54,286 bases of DNA from assembly GCA_903870815.1 (NCBI GenBank), contig CAIQEI010000032.1, forward strand, positions 1-54,286, read 5' to 3'. Source of the stretch: an uncultured Verrucomicrobia subdivision 3 bacterium (GTDB lineage Bacteria > Verrucomicrobiota > Verrucomicrobiia > Limisphaerales > UBA11358). A program made the translations under genes and the position numbers. Position 1 is the first letter of the stretch. Each line of letters opens with the position of its first letter. Shown here piece by piece: positions 20,611-29,399 of the stretch. Under the pieces are notes generated by a model that was given only the letters and a program-made list of their open reading frames with translations, had not been told where the DNA came from and did not search any database.

Positions 20611-20650
20611 TTCATAATAAACGTCTTTCCGAATCCAAACAGGTCATAAT

Positions 20651-20920
20651 TTAACCCGGCTGCGTCCATCCACAATGCGGACATAGCTTGGAATCCGCGG
20701 GAATACGCCGACTGCACGAACAGCACAGAATTCCAGCCTCCGCAACCATCTCTCCAGTCACTAGCGGATGCGCTCGCTCTGAAGCATCTGCTAAACGTTC
20801 GTGTGCCCGCATCGCTCGCCAGCCGACAATCATCCAAAAAATGCCCGATGCTACTCCAAACAATCCGAGTAATACGGCAAAGACTTCTAATCCTGGGCCA
20901 TTGCTTGTTGTTATGTGCAT
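20651..20920 (-). CDS. Small membrane protein with C-terminal zinc ribbon; cassette-like
   Basis: One TM segment, then CCSC...CPHCG. Start placed at ATG 20920, about 20 nt after a degenerate core site GCTAGGC. Confidence 0.65.
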   Translation of the reverse strand: MHITTSNGPGLEVFAVLLGLFGVASGIFWMIVGWRAMRAHERLADASERAHPLVTGEMVAEAGILCCSCSRRIPADSKLCPHCGWTQPG

Positions 20921-20940
20921 AAATTGTATGGTGCAAGGTG

Positions 20941-21029
20941 GCCTAGCAAAAACCGCCACCAACACGCGACATTAACTGTGGAACTGCCAGCGCCAATGGC
21001 GGTTCCGGCGGCGGATATTGTTTCGTGGC
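20941..21029 (-). other. Degenerate attC-like site
   Basis: Lies between two small co-oriented ORFs. Shares CATTGGyGCkGkCA and GTTmAyGyCGC blocks with 21249-21332 and ends GCTAGGC. Confidence 0.45.
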
Positions 21030-21039
21030 TTGATGTTTT

Positions 21040-21195
21040 TCAAAGCTTGTTGTCTCTATTTTCCAAAGTTCTGGCGATTCGTTCCAACGCGCTGACAATG
21101 CGACTTAAAAGGTGGAAGAAATAAAATGTAAGAACAATCAAGCCACCGTAAATGAGGAAAACAAATAAAACCCCGATAATGCCACCCGATGTCAT
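21040..21195 (-). CDS. 51-aa membrane microprotein; cassette-like
   Basis: Translated by hand (below ORF-track cutoff): MTSGGIIGVLFVFLIYGGLIVLTFYFFHLLSRIVSALERIARTLENRDNKL. Confidence 0.6.
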   Translation of the reverse strand: MTSGGIIGVLFVFLIYGGLIVLTFYFFHLLSRIVSALERIARTLENRDNKL

Positions 21196-21248
21196 AATAT
21201 ATACCTTTTTGTTGTGTGTTGTGGTTTAGTTATGTGCGTGCGCTTGCT

Positions 21249-21332
21249 GTCTAATAGAGAAGTCACCTTTGACCTGCGGCGTGAACCGCGACAGCGAGAA
21301 TGACCGCACCAATGATGATTCTGCCGTTGGCC
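21249..21332 (-). other. Degenerate attC-like site
   Basis: Minus strand GGCCAAC...CATTGGTGCGGTCATTCTCGCTGTCGCGGTTCACGCCGC...ATTAGAC; both ends are one mismatch from the RYYYAAC/GTTRRRY consensus. Confidence 0.5.
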
Positions 21333-21510
21333 TGATGGGTTCATTGGCTCGACTTTATTGCCGGGGTTTATCGGATTCAAGGCTTATTTGACCGGCGCCG
21401 TAAGTCAGCCCGTCTTCGCCCAATAGGCGGTCTGTCTGTCGACCGGTATCGCGCTTTTTCTCATTTTTCAGCTACCGCTTCCCGAAGTTATTGTTTCCTG
21501 GTACTTCTCT

Positions 21511-23394
21511 TTACCAGCCGCCCCCTCCTCCGCCACCGCCTCCGCCGCCTGATGAGCCGCCGCCGCCGCCCCCACCGCCGCCGCCGCCCCCACCGGAACT
21601 CGAACCCGGCGCGGTCGAGGCCGAGGAAATGGCCCCGGCCAGCGAACTGCTGAACGCCGTGGCGAAACCCGCCGTGGTCGCATGATTCCAGGAATCACCG
21701 GAATACCATGCCGGAGTATAATGGCTTTGGCCGGGCGCGGTTCCGGCCGCCGCGAGCACGCCCGCAAATTGTTCCGACCATTTTTGTTCGACGCTGAGCG
21801 CCAGCGCATAGGGCAGGAACATTTCAAACAACTGTGGCGTGCGTTCCGGCGGGTTTTCCAGGTTGAGCCGGTCTTTTTCCGCCACGCTGAGATACATTTT
21901 GAAACCCTCGATTTCGTCCATGATTTTCCGCCCATCGGGCGTGTAGGCCTTTAGCAGAAAATGAAAGATGCCGGCGAGAGCGCCCAAGGCCAGTGGCAGG
22001 CAGACCAGCAAAACGGGCAATTGAAAATATCTCATCGCCGCGCCGGCGGCAAACAAGGCAACCCCGCCCAGCAACACCCGTAACACCCAATGCATCCGGT
22101 GGCCGAGGGCGATGAATAGCAGTGGCGCGAAAAAACAAATGCCGGCGAGAATTGCCATCGGTACAGGCTGGGCTGAATCCAGAAACATCGCCGCGAGGCT
22201 GGCGATGCCGAGAAGGATCCCGAAACAGCTGTAAGCGAAATTGTGCTTGAAGAACCGGCCTTGGATTTGCTCGGCCAGTGACTCGCGCAGTTTATTCTGC
22301 GCGGATTGCAATGTGGCGTAATCCTCCTGCCGCAAGGTGAGCGGCAATCCGTCGCCGACCAGCTCGCGGCGGACGCTGTCCTCGGCGGCGGAGATTTCCG
22401 CGTGTGCCTGCGGCACCGGCAGCAGGGTGTAAGTCCGCTTGCTGAAAATCCCCCCTTTGCGCTCAATGATCTTGATCGCGCCTTTGACGGCCAGGTTCAT
22501 GACCGTGGCGGTGAAGGTTTTGTTGTCGTAGCCCATGCGCCAGAGATAGCGGACGGCCGCCGGTGAAAAATCCGCTGGCGGCGCGTAGCGCGGAATGATG
22601 ACACCCCGGCGCGGATCTCGCCCGACCATTTTCCACGCCGTTAAGTAATAGAGCAGGACCACCAGGCAACCGGCGGCGCAAAGCGCCAGGCCGCGATTGT
22701 CTTTCAGTATGTTCAGCAGCTTCGTGAAAGCCGGGGGTGGCGTGACAAATCCCTTCGGCCATTCTACGACGATAGTCAGACCCTCCGCGGGCCAGAGCCG
22801 TCGCGTGGTGGCGAAACTGGCGCGGTCATTCAGGTTGGTGACGGTAAAGTCGCGGCCGCGGGCGCCTTGCGGGCCCGTGTAGGCCGTCAGGTTTTTGACC
22901 GTCGCGCCGGCTGGTAAAATCACCGTGGCGTTTACGCGGTTCATCGGAAAATTCCAGCCGTTGCCGGTCACGTTCCAGTAGAGCTCGTCGTGGTCGGAAA
23001 AAAATCCGAGCTGCCGGTCTGTCGTGTAGGTCAATTGATAAGTATGGACGCCGGGATTGACCTCTGCGGCGGCCGAGCCGATGTAAACGCGCGTGCCGTT
23101 CTCGCGGTCGGCGAGGTGATAATCCTCGGGCTGGCCGTCACAAATAACCTGCTGCACCGCAAAACCGGTCTTGATCCGCAGTCCGCCGGTCGATGCGTAG
23201 AGCTGCGGAAAATCGCGATAGATGCCGTGTCGGATCTGGACGCCTCCGGCCTGCACCTGGATGGTTTCCGTGACGCTCAAGGCGCCGTTGGCCCGTATCT
23301 CGATCCGGCTATCGAACTGGTAAATTTGCTCCGGCTCATCCGCGCGACCGGCCGCCGCGACGAGCAAAACCAGGGTGGTGAACAGGCGCTTCAT
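21511..23394 (-). CDS. DUF2207-family membrane protein with Gly-rich tail
   Basis: Signal peptide, GIYRDFP, DELYWNVTGNGW, LPYALAL, terminal GGGGGGGW. ATGA overlap with lemA. Confidence 0.92.
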   Translation of the reverse strand: MKRLFTTLVLLVAAAGRADEPEQIYQFDSRIEIRANGALSVTETIQVQAGGVQIRHGIYRDFPQLYASTGGLRIKTGFAVQQVICDGQPEDYHLADRENGTRVYIGSAAAEVNPGVHTYQLTYTTDRQLGFFSDHDELYWNVTGNGWNFPMNRVNATVILPAGATVKNLTAYTGPQGARGRDFTVTNLNDRASFATTRRLWPAEGLTIVVEWPKGFVTPPPAFTKLLNILKDNRGLALCAAGCLVVLLYYLTAWKMVGRDPRRGVIIPRYAPPADFSPAAVRYLWRMGYDNKTFTATVMNLAVKGAIKIIERKGGIFSKRTYTLLPVPQAHAEISAAEDSVRRELVGDGLPLTLRQEDYATLQSAQNKLRESLAEQIQGRFFKHNFAYSCFGILLGIASLAAMFLDSAQPVPMAILAGICFFAPLLFIALGHRMHWVLRVLLGGVALFAAGAAMRYFQLPVLLVCLPLALGALAGIFHFLLKAYTPDGRKIMDEIEGFKMYLSVAEKDRLNLENPPERTPQLFEMFLPYALALSVEQKWSEQFAGVLAAAGTAPGQSHYTPAWYSGDSWNHATTAGFATAFSSSLAGAISSASTAPGSSSGGGGGGGGGGGGGSSGGGGGGGGGGGW

Positions 23395-23963
23395 AGTTTC
23401 ACCTCCGGCGCGTTGCGTTCGGTGGCGGTTTCAATTTCAAAAAATTCCGCCGGGTGGAATTTGAAACCGCGCGCCACCAACAAGCTGGGGAAGGTTTGGA
23501 CGAGGTTGTTCAAGTCGCGTGCGGAGCCGTTGTAATAGCGGCGGGCGAACTGGATGTCGTTTTCCACCTCCACCAGCGTGGCGCTCAATTGCCGGAAGTT
23601 TTGGTCGGCCTTGAGGTCGGGGTACCCCTCAGCCACCGCAAACAGGGAGCGTAGATTTTGCGTCAGGCCATTTTCCGCAGCGGCGGTGCCGGGAATTCCC
23701 TGCGCCGTTTGCGCCGCGCTGCGCTCGCGGGCTACGGCTTCCAGGACGTTTTGCTCATGGCTGCGATAGCCTTTGACGCATTCGACCAGGTTGGGAATCA
23801 GGTCATGCCGGCGTTTCAACTGCACATCCACACCGCTCCACGCCTCGCGCAACTGGTTTTGGAGCGCTACCAGCCGGTTATAAACCCAGCCTGCATAAAT
23901 CAGCGCCAATGCCAGAACCCCGCCAATGCCGGCGACCAGCATCAATCCCTCGCGTGAATTCAT
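23391..23963 (-). CDS. lemA: LemA family protein
   Basis: YNRLV, WSGVDVQLKRRHDLIPNLVE, YPDLKADQNF, ARRYYN. Start is 23963 or 23942. Confidence 0.95.
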   Translation of the reverse strand: MNSREGLMLVAGIGGVLALALIYAGWVYNRLVALQNQLREAWSGVDVQLKRRHDLIPNLVECVKGYRSHEQNVLEAVARERSAAQTAQGIPGTAAAENGLTQNLRSLFAVAEGYPDLKADQNFRQLSATLVEVENDIQFARRYYNGSARDLNNLVQTFPSLLVARGFKFHPAEFFEIETATERNAPEVKL

Positions 23964-24257
23964 CCGTGGATTAAAGGAAAAACCATCCGACAATTCAAGC
24001 TTCAAACTTTGATGGCTCGTTGTGAAGAAGTACACCCAGGCTCTCTTCAAAAGCGCTTGTTCATCCGAGTGCCTTTCGTTTTATTATTGCAAGCGGATTG
24101 AACAAGACTAAAATCACGAAATGAGCCTGTTGCCATTCTTCAGGCCAGCATATTTTGCCATAAACTGCGCAGGCCTTACGAACCCGCCGTCAATACCAGT
24201 ACAGACGCTATGTAGGCGTATTAACGGAACTACCTGGATGCAAATAATTGAAAAACT

Positions 24258-25685
24258 ATGAACCGGCTTCTGGCTATATTCTTAGCTTTATCTTTAGCTC
24301 TTTCAGCGGACGGGTATTCCACCCCTCCTATTCAACATAATCCTTGGACGACTAATTCAGCAGCAAATCTACCCGCCCCATCAACTGTACTCACCGCTGG
24401 CCAAATAGCTAGAGTGGATACCAGTTTGTTTGCCAGCAATAACATAAACTTGCAGGCTATGATTAATTCCCTTCCAGCGGCGACAAAAACCCCGCTCCCT
24501 GGAGGTGGTACGATTGAGCTGGGCAAAGGTGTTTTCTATACCTCCTCAGGCAACCTGTTTACCGGCAGTGGCGGTCAGGCGTTACGCATCATCGGCCAAG
24601 GAATCAACCAGACTTATTTGGTGTTCACAAACCCGGGCGACGGTTTAACGGTAAATGGCACTCTTCCCTACAACACGTCGCTTGAATTAAAAGACATCAC
24701 CGTAGCCGCGAGTTACGATACCGCCAATTTCTTGATAGTAAACCACAGCACATCGGTCACGACTTTTAAAGAGGCGTGCTTCGCCTACTGGCCAGCTTTG
24801 TTGTGTCAAAGCCTTCCTTTGAATGTATGTGCCTACGGTAGCGCCGCAGCCACACTGTTGTGTGGTGTTAATTTGGCAGACTCAGAAGGATTGCTTGACA
24901 CCTTTGAGGACTGCTATTTCACCTCGTTAGGTGCGGGTGTAAGGGTGAACAATGACCATTTGCGAATGATAAACTGCCAATTCACGGCCGTCGGGGTCGC
25001 GCAGGACGCAATGTATTTTTATACAGGCGGTTATGGCGGCGCTTTACCGCCAGACCCCAGAGCTGCCAGTTTGCTCACCAACAACTGGGTGACTGTCGGA
25101 ATACCAGACCTTAATGCCAGAGCCTGCATTACGGTGACGGGAGGGTTTGATGATGATGAGTTTTACGGTTGCTACTTTGTATTTTCTCACGCAATTATCC
25201 TGCTTGACCGCTCCCCCATCACTTCGGGTTACATGGGGCATGAGGTCTTCGCCGGTGGGCACATTGAAGGGTTGGTTTATCGCACCATTGTCGCCAGCAA
25301 CACTCCCAATTGTCCCGCAAGTTTATCGGGCGGTACAATTCAGTTCGTTAATTGCGACAATTTTAATTATTCGGCTTATGGCGCGGACGCTGACCAGATT
25401 GCGACTTGGGGTCAAATAACCGGCGGTGGGAAGGTTGCATATTCCACTGCCACCGCACCCAATGTGTTTGAACAAAACAGTAAAAACAATCTGTCATACG
25501 ATTTTTATGCTGGTGGCACTAAAGTGCTGTCGCTATCCAACAACACTGTGGTCATACCAAACCTCGTTGCAAATGAAATCAATATAAATGCTCCTACATC
25601 TTCCCCTCCAGCTTCAATTTCATCTTTTAAGGGTGGTATAACTATCACAAACAACGGCGTGGTTTATCACATTCCGATATATTAA
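24258..25685 (+). CDS. Secreted pectate-lyase-like beta-helix / tailspike-like protein
   Basis: Signal peptide; LQAMIN...GGGTIELGKGVFY...LRIIGQG beta-helix cap motif; Asn/Thr/Gly-rich body; AT-rich codon use. Confidence 0.6.
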   Translation: MNRLLAIFLALSLALSADGYSTPPIQHNPWTTNSAANLPAPSTVLTAGQIARVDTSLFASNNINLQAMINSLPAATKTPLPGGGTIELGKGVFYTSSGNLFTGSGGQALRIIGQGINQTYLVFTNPGDGLTVNGTLPYNTSLELKDITVAASYDTANFLIVNHSTSVTTFKEACFAYWPALLCQSLPLNVCAYGSAAATLLCGVNLADSEGLLDTFEDCYFTSLGAGVRVNNDHLRMINCQFTAVGVAQDAMYFYTGGYGGALPPDPRAASLLTNNWVTVGIPDLNARACITVTGGFDDDEFYGCYFVFSHAIILLDRSPITSGYMGHEVFAGGHIEGLVYRTIVASNTPNCPASLSGGTIQFVNCDNFNYSAYGADADQIATWGQITGGGKVAYSTATAPNVFEQNSKNNLSYDFYAGGTKVLSLSNNTVVIPNLVANEININAPTSSPPASISSFKGGITITNNGVVYHIPIY

Positions 25686-26095
25686 ATGCCACACTTCCCC
25701 ACAATCCTTCCGCATTTAGCTTTCTGCTGGTGGCAATAATGGTGCTGGCTATGGGACTGCGGATGAATCTTGATTGTGAGAATGCGAATGGTTAGCATTG
25801 GCGCATCTTCGAACTGACTGCATTTCTGTTCTTAACTACCGACGGTCTCAAGAAATTCTTGCCGTAAAGGGTCCGTCAATGCACTCACTTCATGCCTGCC
25901 AAAGCAACCTCGTCCTCTTTCCAGTTCTGCCAAGTCGGGTTACCGAAACTGCTTAGCATGTGCGAATCGTAAATGCAGGTTTCCAAACGAGCTTGAAATT
26001 TGAAGACTAGAGGCGAATAATTGCCCAGAGAATCCGATTTATCGCCTTCCAACTCTGCGTCTCTGCGTTTGATGCCGTGTCTGCTTGAATGCCGG

Positions 26096-26701
26096 CTATT
26101 CCGGCATTTTCAGCAACTGCAGCCCGCTCATCGGCTGTGGGCTCGCGCCGAGACCGGCCCTTACTTTTTTAACATCGTCGCCTGTCACCGGGCCGGCGTT
26201 GTTGCCCCAACTGCTTCGGATGTAGGTCAGCGTGGCGGCCAGATCTTCATCCGGCAACGCTGCCCCCATCGCGGCCATCGCCAGTCCCCAGTCCTGGCCT
26301 TTGACCCGGATAGGCCCGTTGAGGCCAGCCAGCGGTATGTGGATCAGCCGGTTGACGCCCGCGCAATTAACCATTTCTGACCCCGCCAGCGGCGGTGCCT
26401 GCCCGGGTTTGCCCAAACCATCGGTCCCGTGGCAGATGCCGCAAACGGCTTCGTAAGTCCTCTTTCCGCGCGCCAGCGCCGCCGCCGCCCCGGACTGCGG
26501 CTGGTAGGCGTCCAATTTTTCCGCGCTATAATAGGGCGAATAAACCTTGGCGTTGAACCAGCCGCCGTGCAGGTCGAAATAATAGCCGCCGAGAAAAAGC
26601 AGCAGGAGCGTGGTGACGATGATCCACATCGGCGCGGCCGAACGCGTGGCGGTCGGTTCACCGGTAGTCGGGAGGGAACAGGCTTTGGTTTCGTCGCTCA
26701 T
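26096..26701 (-). CDS. Membrane-anchored monoheme cytochrome c
   Basis: N-terminal TM, CGICH, PPLAGS, Met-ligand region AMAAM, TYIRSSWGN. Confidence 0.92.
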   Translation of the reverse strand: MSDETKACSLPTTGEPTATRSAAPMWIIVTTLLLLFLGGYYFDLHGGWFNAKVYSPYYSAEKLDAYQPQSGAAAALARGKRTYEAVCGICHGTDGLGKPGQAPPLAGSEMVNCAGVNRLIHIPLAGLNGPIRVKGQDWGLAMAAMGAALPDEDLAATLTYIRSSWGNNAGPVTGDDVKKVRAGLGASPQPMSGLQLLKMPE

Positions 26702-26704
26702 CGC

Positions 26705-27589
26705 TTATTTCGTGGCCGCGAGCGGGGTGAACGGCGCTTCGTAAAGCGGCACGTTGGCCTTGAGGCTCAATAGATAGGCGGCAAGTTCCTTCGCCTCCGG
26801 CTTCGGCACCACTTCGTAGCCGGCTTCGGCGGCAAATTCCTTGGGCAGCGTCAAAGCCTCGGGCGAGGCTTCACCGTTGATCTTCGGGCGGACTTCAAAG
26901 AGAAACTTGAAGGACGGCATGGTCGACCCCGGCGTGATGGATTTCGGCGCGTAAAGATGCTGCAACTGCCAGCGGGCATCTGGCGCGCGGACGCCGATGT
27001 TCGCGAGGTCAGGTCCCGCGCGCAGGCTGCCGAGCTGAACCGGCTGGTCGTAAAGATAATCCGCTGCGACGCTCAGGCGCGAACCCCAGCCGCGCGTGAT
27101 ATCCGGGCCAGTGGCGACGATCCGCGTCTCGGAATTGACGCCGGCGGCCTTAAGGCGGTCGCCCATCTCCGAGGCGATGTCCTTGTCGGTGCAAACCAGC
27201 AGCGCCTTGGGCACTCCTCCGTTCCAGCCCTTGAGATTGTCGCTCATGGCGTTGGTGTAATCTGCCAGTTCCGGCAGCACAAACAGCGATTTGGCGAAAG
27301 CCGTGAATTCATCCGGCTTGTGCGTGCCCAGGTCGGTCAAGGTGACTTCAAAGGCCGCCCCGTCCTGGCGGACCTGTTCCGTGTGGCACGCGGCGCAGCC
27401 ATAGGCCCGATACACCTGCAAGCCGAGCGTGGCGGCGCCGGTGCGCTGCAGCGGCCAGTTGTCGGTGGATTGCAGAACCACGGTCTGCTTTGCGCCGCCG
27501 AGCTGCAGCGTGGGCGCGAGCACAAATCCGCACCACGAAGCGCCGAGCGCTACCAGGGTGGCGATAAAGATTGAGATGCCGCTTTTCAT
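26705..27589 (-). CDS. cbb3 oxidase subunit II (CcoO/FixO)-like cytochrome c with inserted domain
   Basis: N-terminal TM, GCAACHTEQVR, GPDLANIG, HLYAP...GSTMPSF; about 80-aa insertion after the heme motif. Confidence 0.85.
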   Translation of the reverse strand: MKSGISIFIATLVALGASWCGFVLAPTLQLGGAKQTVVLQSTDNWPLQRTGAATLGLQVYRAYGCAACHTEQVRQDGAAFEVTLTDLGTHKPDEFTAFAKSLFVLPELADYTNAMSDNLKGWNGGVPKALLVCTDKDIASEMGDRLKAAGVNSETRIVATGPDITRGWGSRLSVAADYLYDQPVQLGSLRAGPDLANIGVRAPDARWQLQHLYAPKSITPGSTMPSFKFLFEVRPKINGEASPEALTLPKEFAAEAGYEVVPKPEAKELAAYLLSLKANVPLYEAPFTPLAATK

Positions 27590-29049
27590 GATTTCACCTC
27601 CCCTGCTCCGCTCCGGAGTGTCACCGGGGCCGTCTCAAGCGGCGACTTGATATAGGCAATGACCGTCTTGGCCAGACCGAGCTTCCACTGAATGGTCATG
27701 ATCAGTATGTTCGCGGCGAACAGCAGCGCGCCGAGCAGGATCAATAGCTGGCCGGTGGTGCTGATGCGCAGAAATTTCAAGGCCGCGGAATTGACCTCGG
27801 CGAAGGGAACCGTAGCATCCGCTAGCTTCCCGCCTTGCGCCATGCCGGCGAGCACCAGCGGCACGACCAGCAGCAGCACGCCGGCGGTGCCCAGCCAGGA
27901 ATGCAGCCGTACGGCTTTTGGCAGCGGCAGCGGCTTGCCCATCACCGCCGGCAGCAGCTCATAAACCGCGCCGAACAGGATCATCGCCGTGAACCCGAGC
28001 AGTTGCAGTTGCGTCTGGGCGGTGCCGAACCAGGTGAACTCCAGGATGCGGCTGTATTGCGGACACGCGGCCGAGACGTAAAGAACGCCCGAAATGATGA
28101 AGCACAGCACGCCAAACCTGATGAAGCAGAATGGCCCGCCTTTGCATGCAACGCCGGCCCCGCAAACTGTCTTCCAGGTGACGATCGTGATCGCCAGCAA
28201 TGGCAACAGCGTCAGCGCCGCCGCTACGCTGCTCAACACCGGCAGCCACGCCGGCACCGGCGCGCTTTGCGGTATTCCGCACCAGGTGCCGAAGAAAATA
28301 AGCGTGAGAAAGGCGAACAGCACGTAACCCGAATTGGCGAGCGGCCGGCCGGCGATTTTCGGCAGGAAGTAAAATGCGGTTCCGATGCCCATCAGCGCCA
28401 GCCACACAAAGACCAGGTTGTTCGCAAACCACCAGGCGATGATCGGCTGCACCACGCCGCGCGGCACTTGATTGGAATTCAAAAAAAGATTGGCCGTCGA
28501 ATAGATCCACGGGAACCAGAGCAACGCCGCCAGCAGGAACCAGTGCGAGGGATACAGCGGGTTTTCCTTGCGCCAGCCAAACGTGGCCGCCGCCGAAACC
28601 GCGATCAGCAGGAACGCCGCGAAGAGGAGTACCGCCGCCGCCCGCGGATATTCCAGCCAGGTGTGACCGGTGCTATCGCCCAGCAGAATGCCGGCCGTGC
28701 CCACGAAGACGCCGAGATGCCAGAGGTTCGCCGCGACCACCGGTACGAGCGGCAGCGCGAGCGGTGACCGGCTCAACCGCGCAAATATCCACAGTGCCAC
28801 GCCCAGCGCCGCCGGGATGCAGAATCCGTAGAGCACGGCGTCATTCGCCGCCGGTGCCACGCGGCCGTAGGTGAACAGCGGACAGCCGCCCAGAAAATCC
28901 GGCGCGTGAAATTTGATGCCGGCGATGAGGCCGAGCCCCAGCCCGACCACCAGCCAGACCGCCGCGCCGCCAAACAGCGCCAGCAGCGGCACGCGCAACG
29001 AGGCTTCAAGTTCGTTCGGGCGGGAAGTTGTGTTCTCGGTCGGGTTCAT
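27586..29049 (-). CDS. cbb3 oxidase subunit I (CcoN)-like 12-TM protein lacking the metal-ligand histidines
   Basis: CcoN framework retained (TYGRV.P, WLEYP, LYPSHWF, WWF.NN, FYFLPK, FTW, LLGF, HSWL) but His ligand positions are substituted. Confidence 0.85.
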   Translation of the reverse strand: MNPTENTTSRPNELEASLRVPLLALFGGAAVWLVVGLGLGLIAGIKFHAPDFLGGCPLFTYGRVAPAANDAVLYGFCIPAALGVALWIFARLSRSPLALPLVPVVAANLWHLGVFVGTAGILLGDSTGHTWLEYPRAAAVLLFAAFLLIAVSAAATFGWRKENPLYPSHWFLLAALLWFPWIYSTANLFLNSNQVPRGVVQPIIAWWFANNLVFVWLALMGIGTAFYFLPKIAGRPLANSGYVLFAFLTLIFFGTWCGIPQSAPVPAWLPVLSSVAAALTLLPLLAITIVTWKTVCGAGVACKGGPFCFIRFGVLCFIISGVLYVSAACPQYSRILEFTWFGTAQTQLQLLGFTAMILFGAVYELLPAVMGKPLPLPKAVRLHSWLGTAGVLLLVVPLVLAGMAQGGKLADATVPFAEVNSAALKFLRISTTGQLLILLGALLFAANILIMTIQWKLGLAKTVIAYIKSPLETAPVTLRSGAGEVKS

Positions 29050-29399
29050 TCGAAAGATTCGGCCTTCACCGGCGCCAGCGATTTCTCCACGCGCTCATTT
29101 AAGTCGGCGCGCGCGGCGGCGGGATTCCGCCCTCTCTGCGCCGCCAGTTGCATCGCGGTTTCGATCGGCAGCCGCACGATGCCGCGCTGGGCGTCAATGA
29201 TCGCCGGCCGGTTCAGGCAATTTTCCTCCTCCGCGAGGATTTCAGCCAGCGCCTTGGTGCGCGCGGCGGCGGGATCGGCGTCAATGGCTGGAACGGGCAA
29301 GGTCAGCTTCACGGCGACGGTCACCGCGGCGAACAGCACGCTGGCAATGAGCAGCCCGATCGCTGCCCCGGACGCGCGGTTGATGGTTTGATAATTCAT
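29046..29399 (-). CDS. ActG-like single-TM subunit of alternative complex III
   Basis: ATGA overlaps on both sides; IDAQRGIVRLPIETAMQL matches the D...G.VRIPI..AM motif of ActG-type subunits. Confidence 0.7.
   Translation of the reverse strand: MNYQTINRASGAAIGLLIASVLFAAVTVAVKLTLPVPAIDADPAAARTKALAEILAEEENCLNRPAIIDAQRGIVRLPIETAMQLAAQRGRNPAAARADLNERVEKSLAPVKAESFE

Noticed and set aside
21511-21600. GGC/GGG-rich low-complexity tract and the poly-Pro ORF 21491-21685
   Set aside because: This is the normal Gly-rich tail of DUF2207 proteins; the poly-Pro ORF is its antisense reading.
24051-26095. Prophage remnant around the beta-helix gene
   Set aside because: No other phage gene, att site or integrase; only the single gene is reported.
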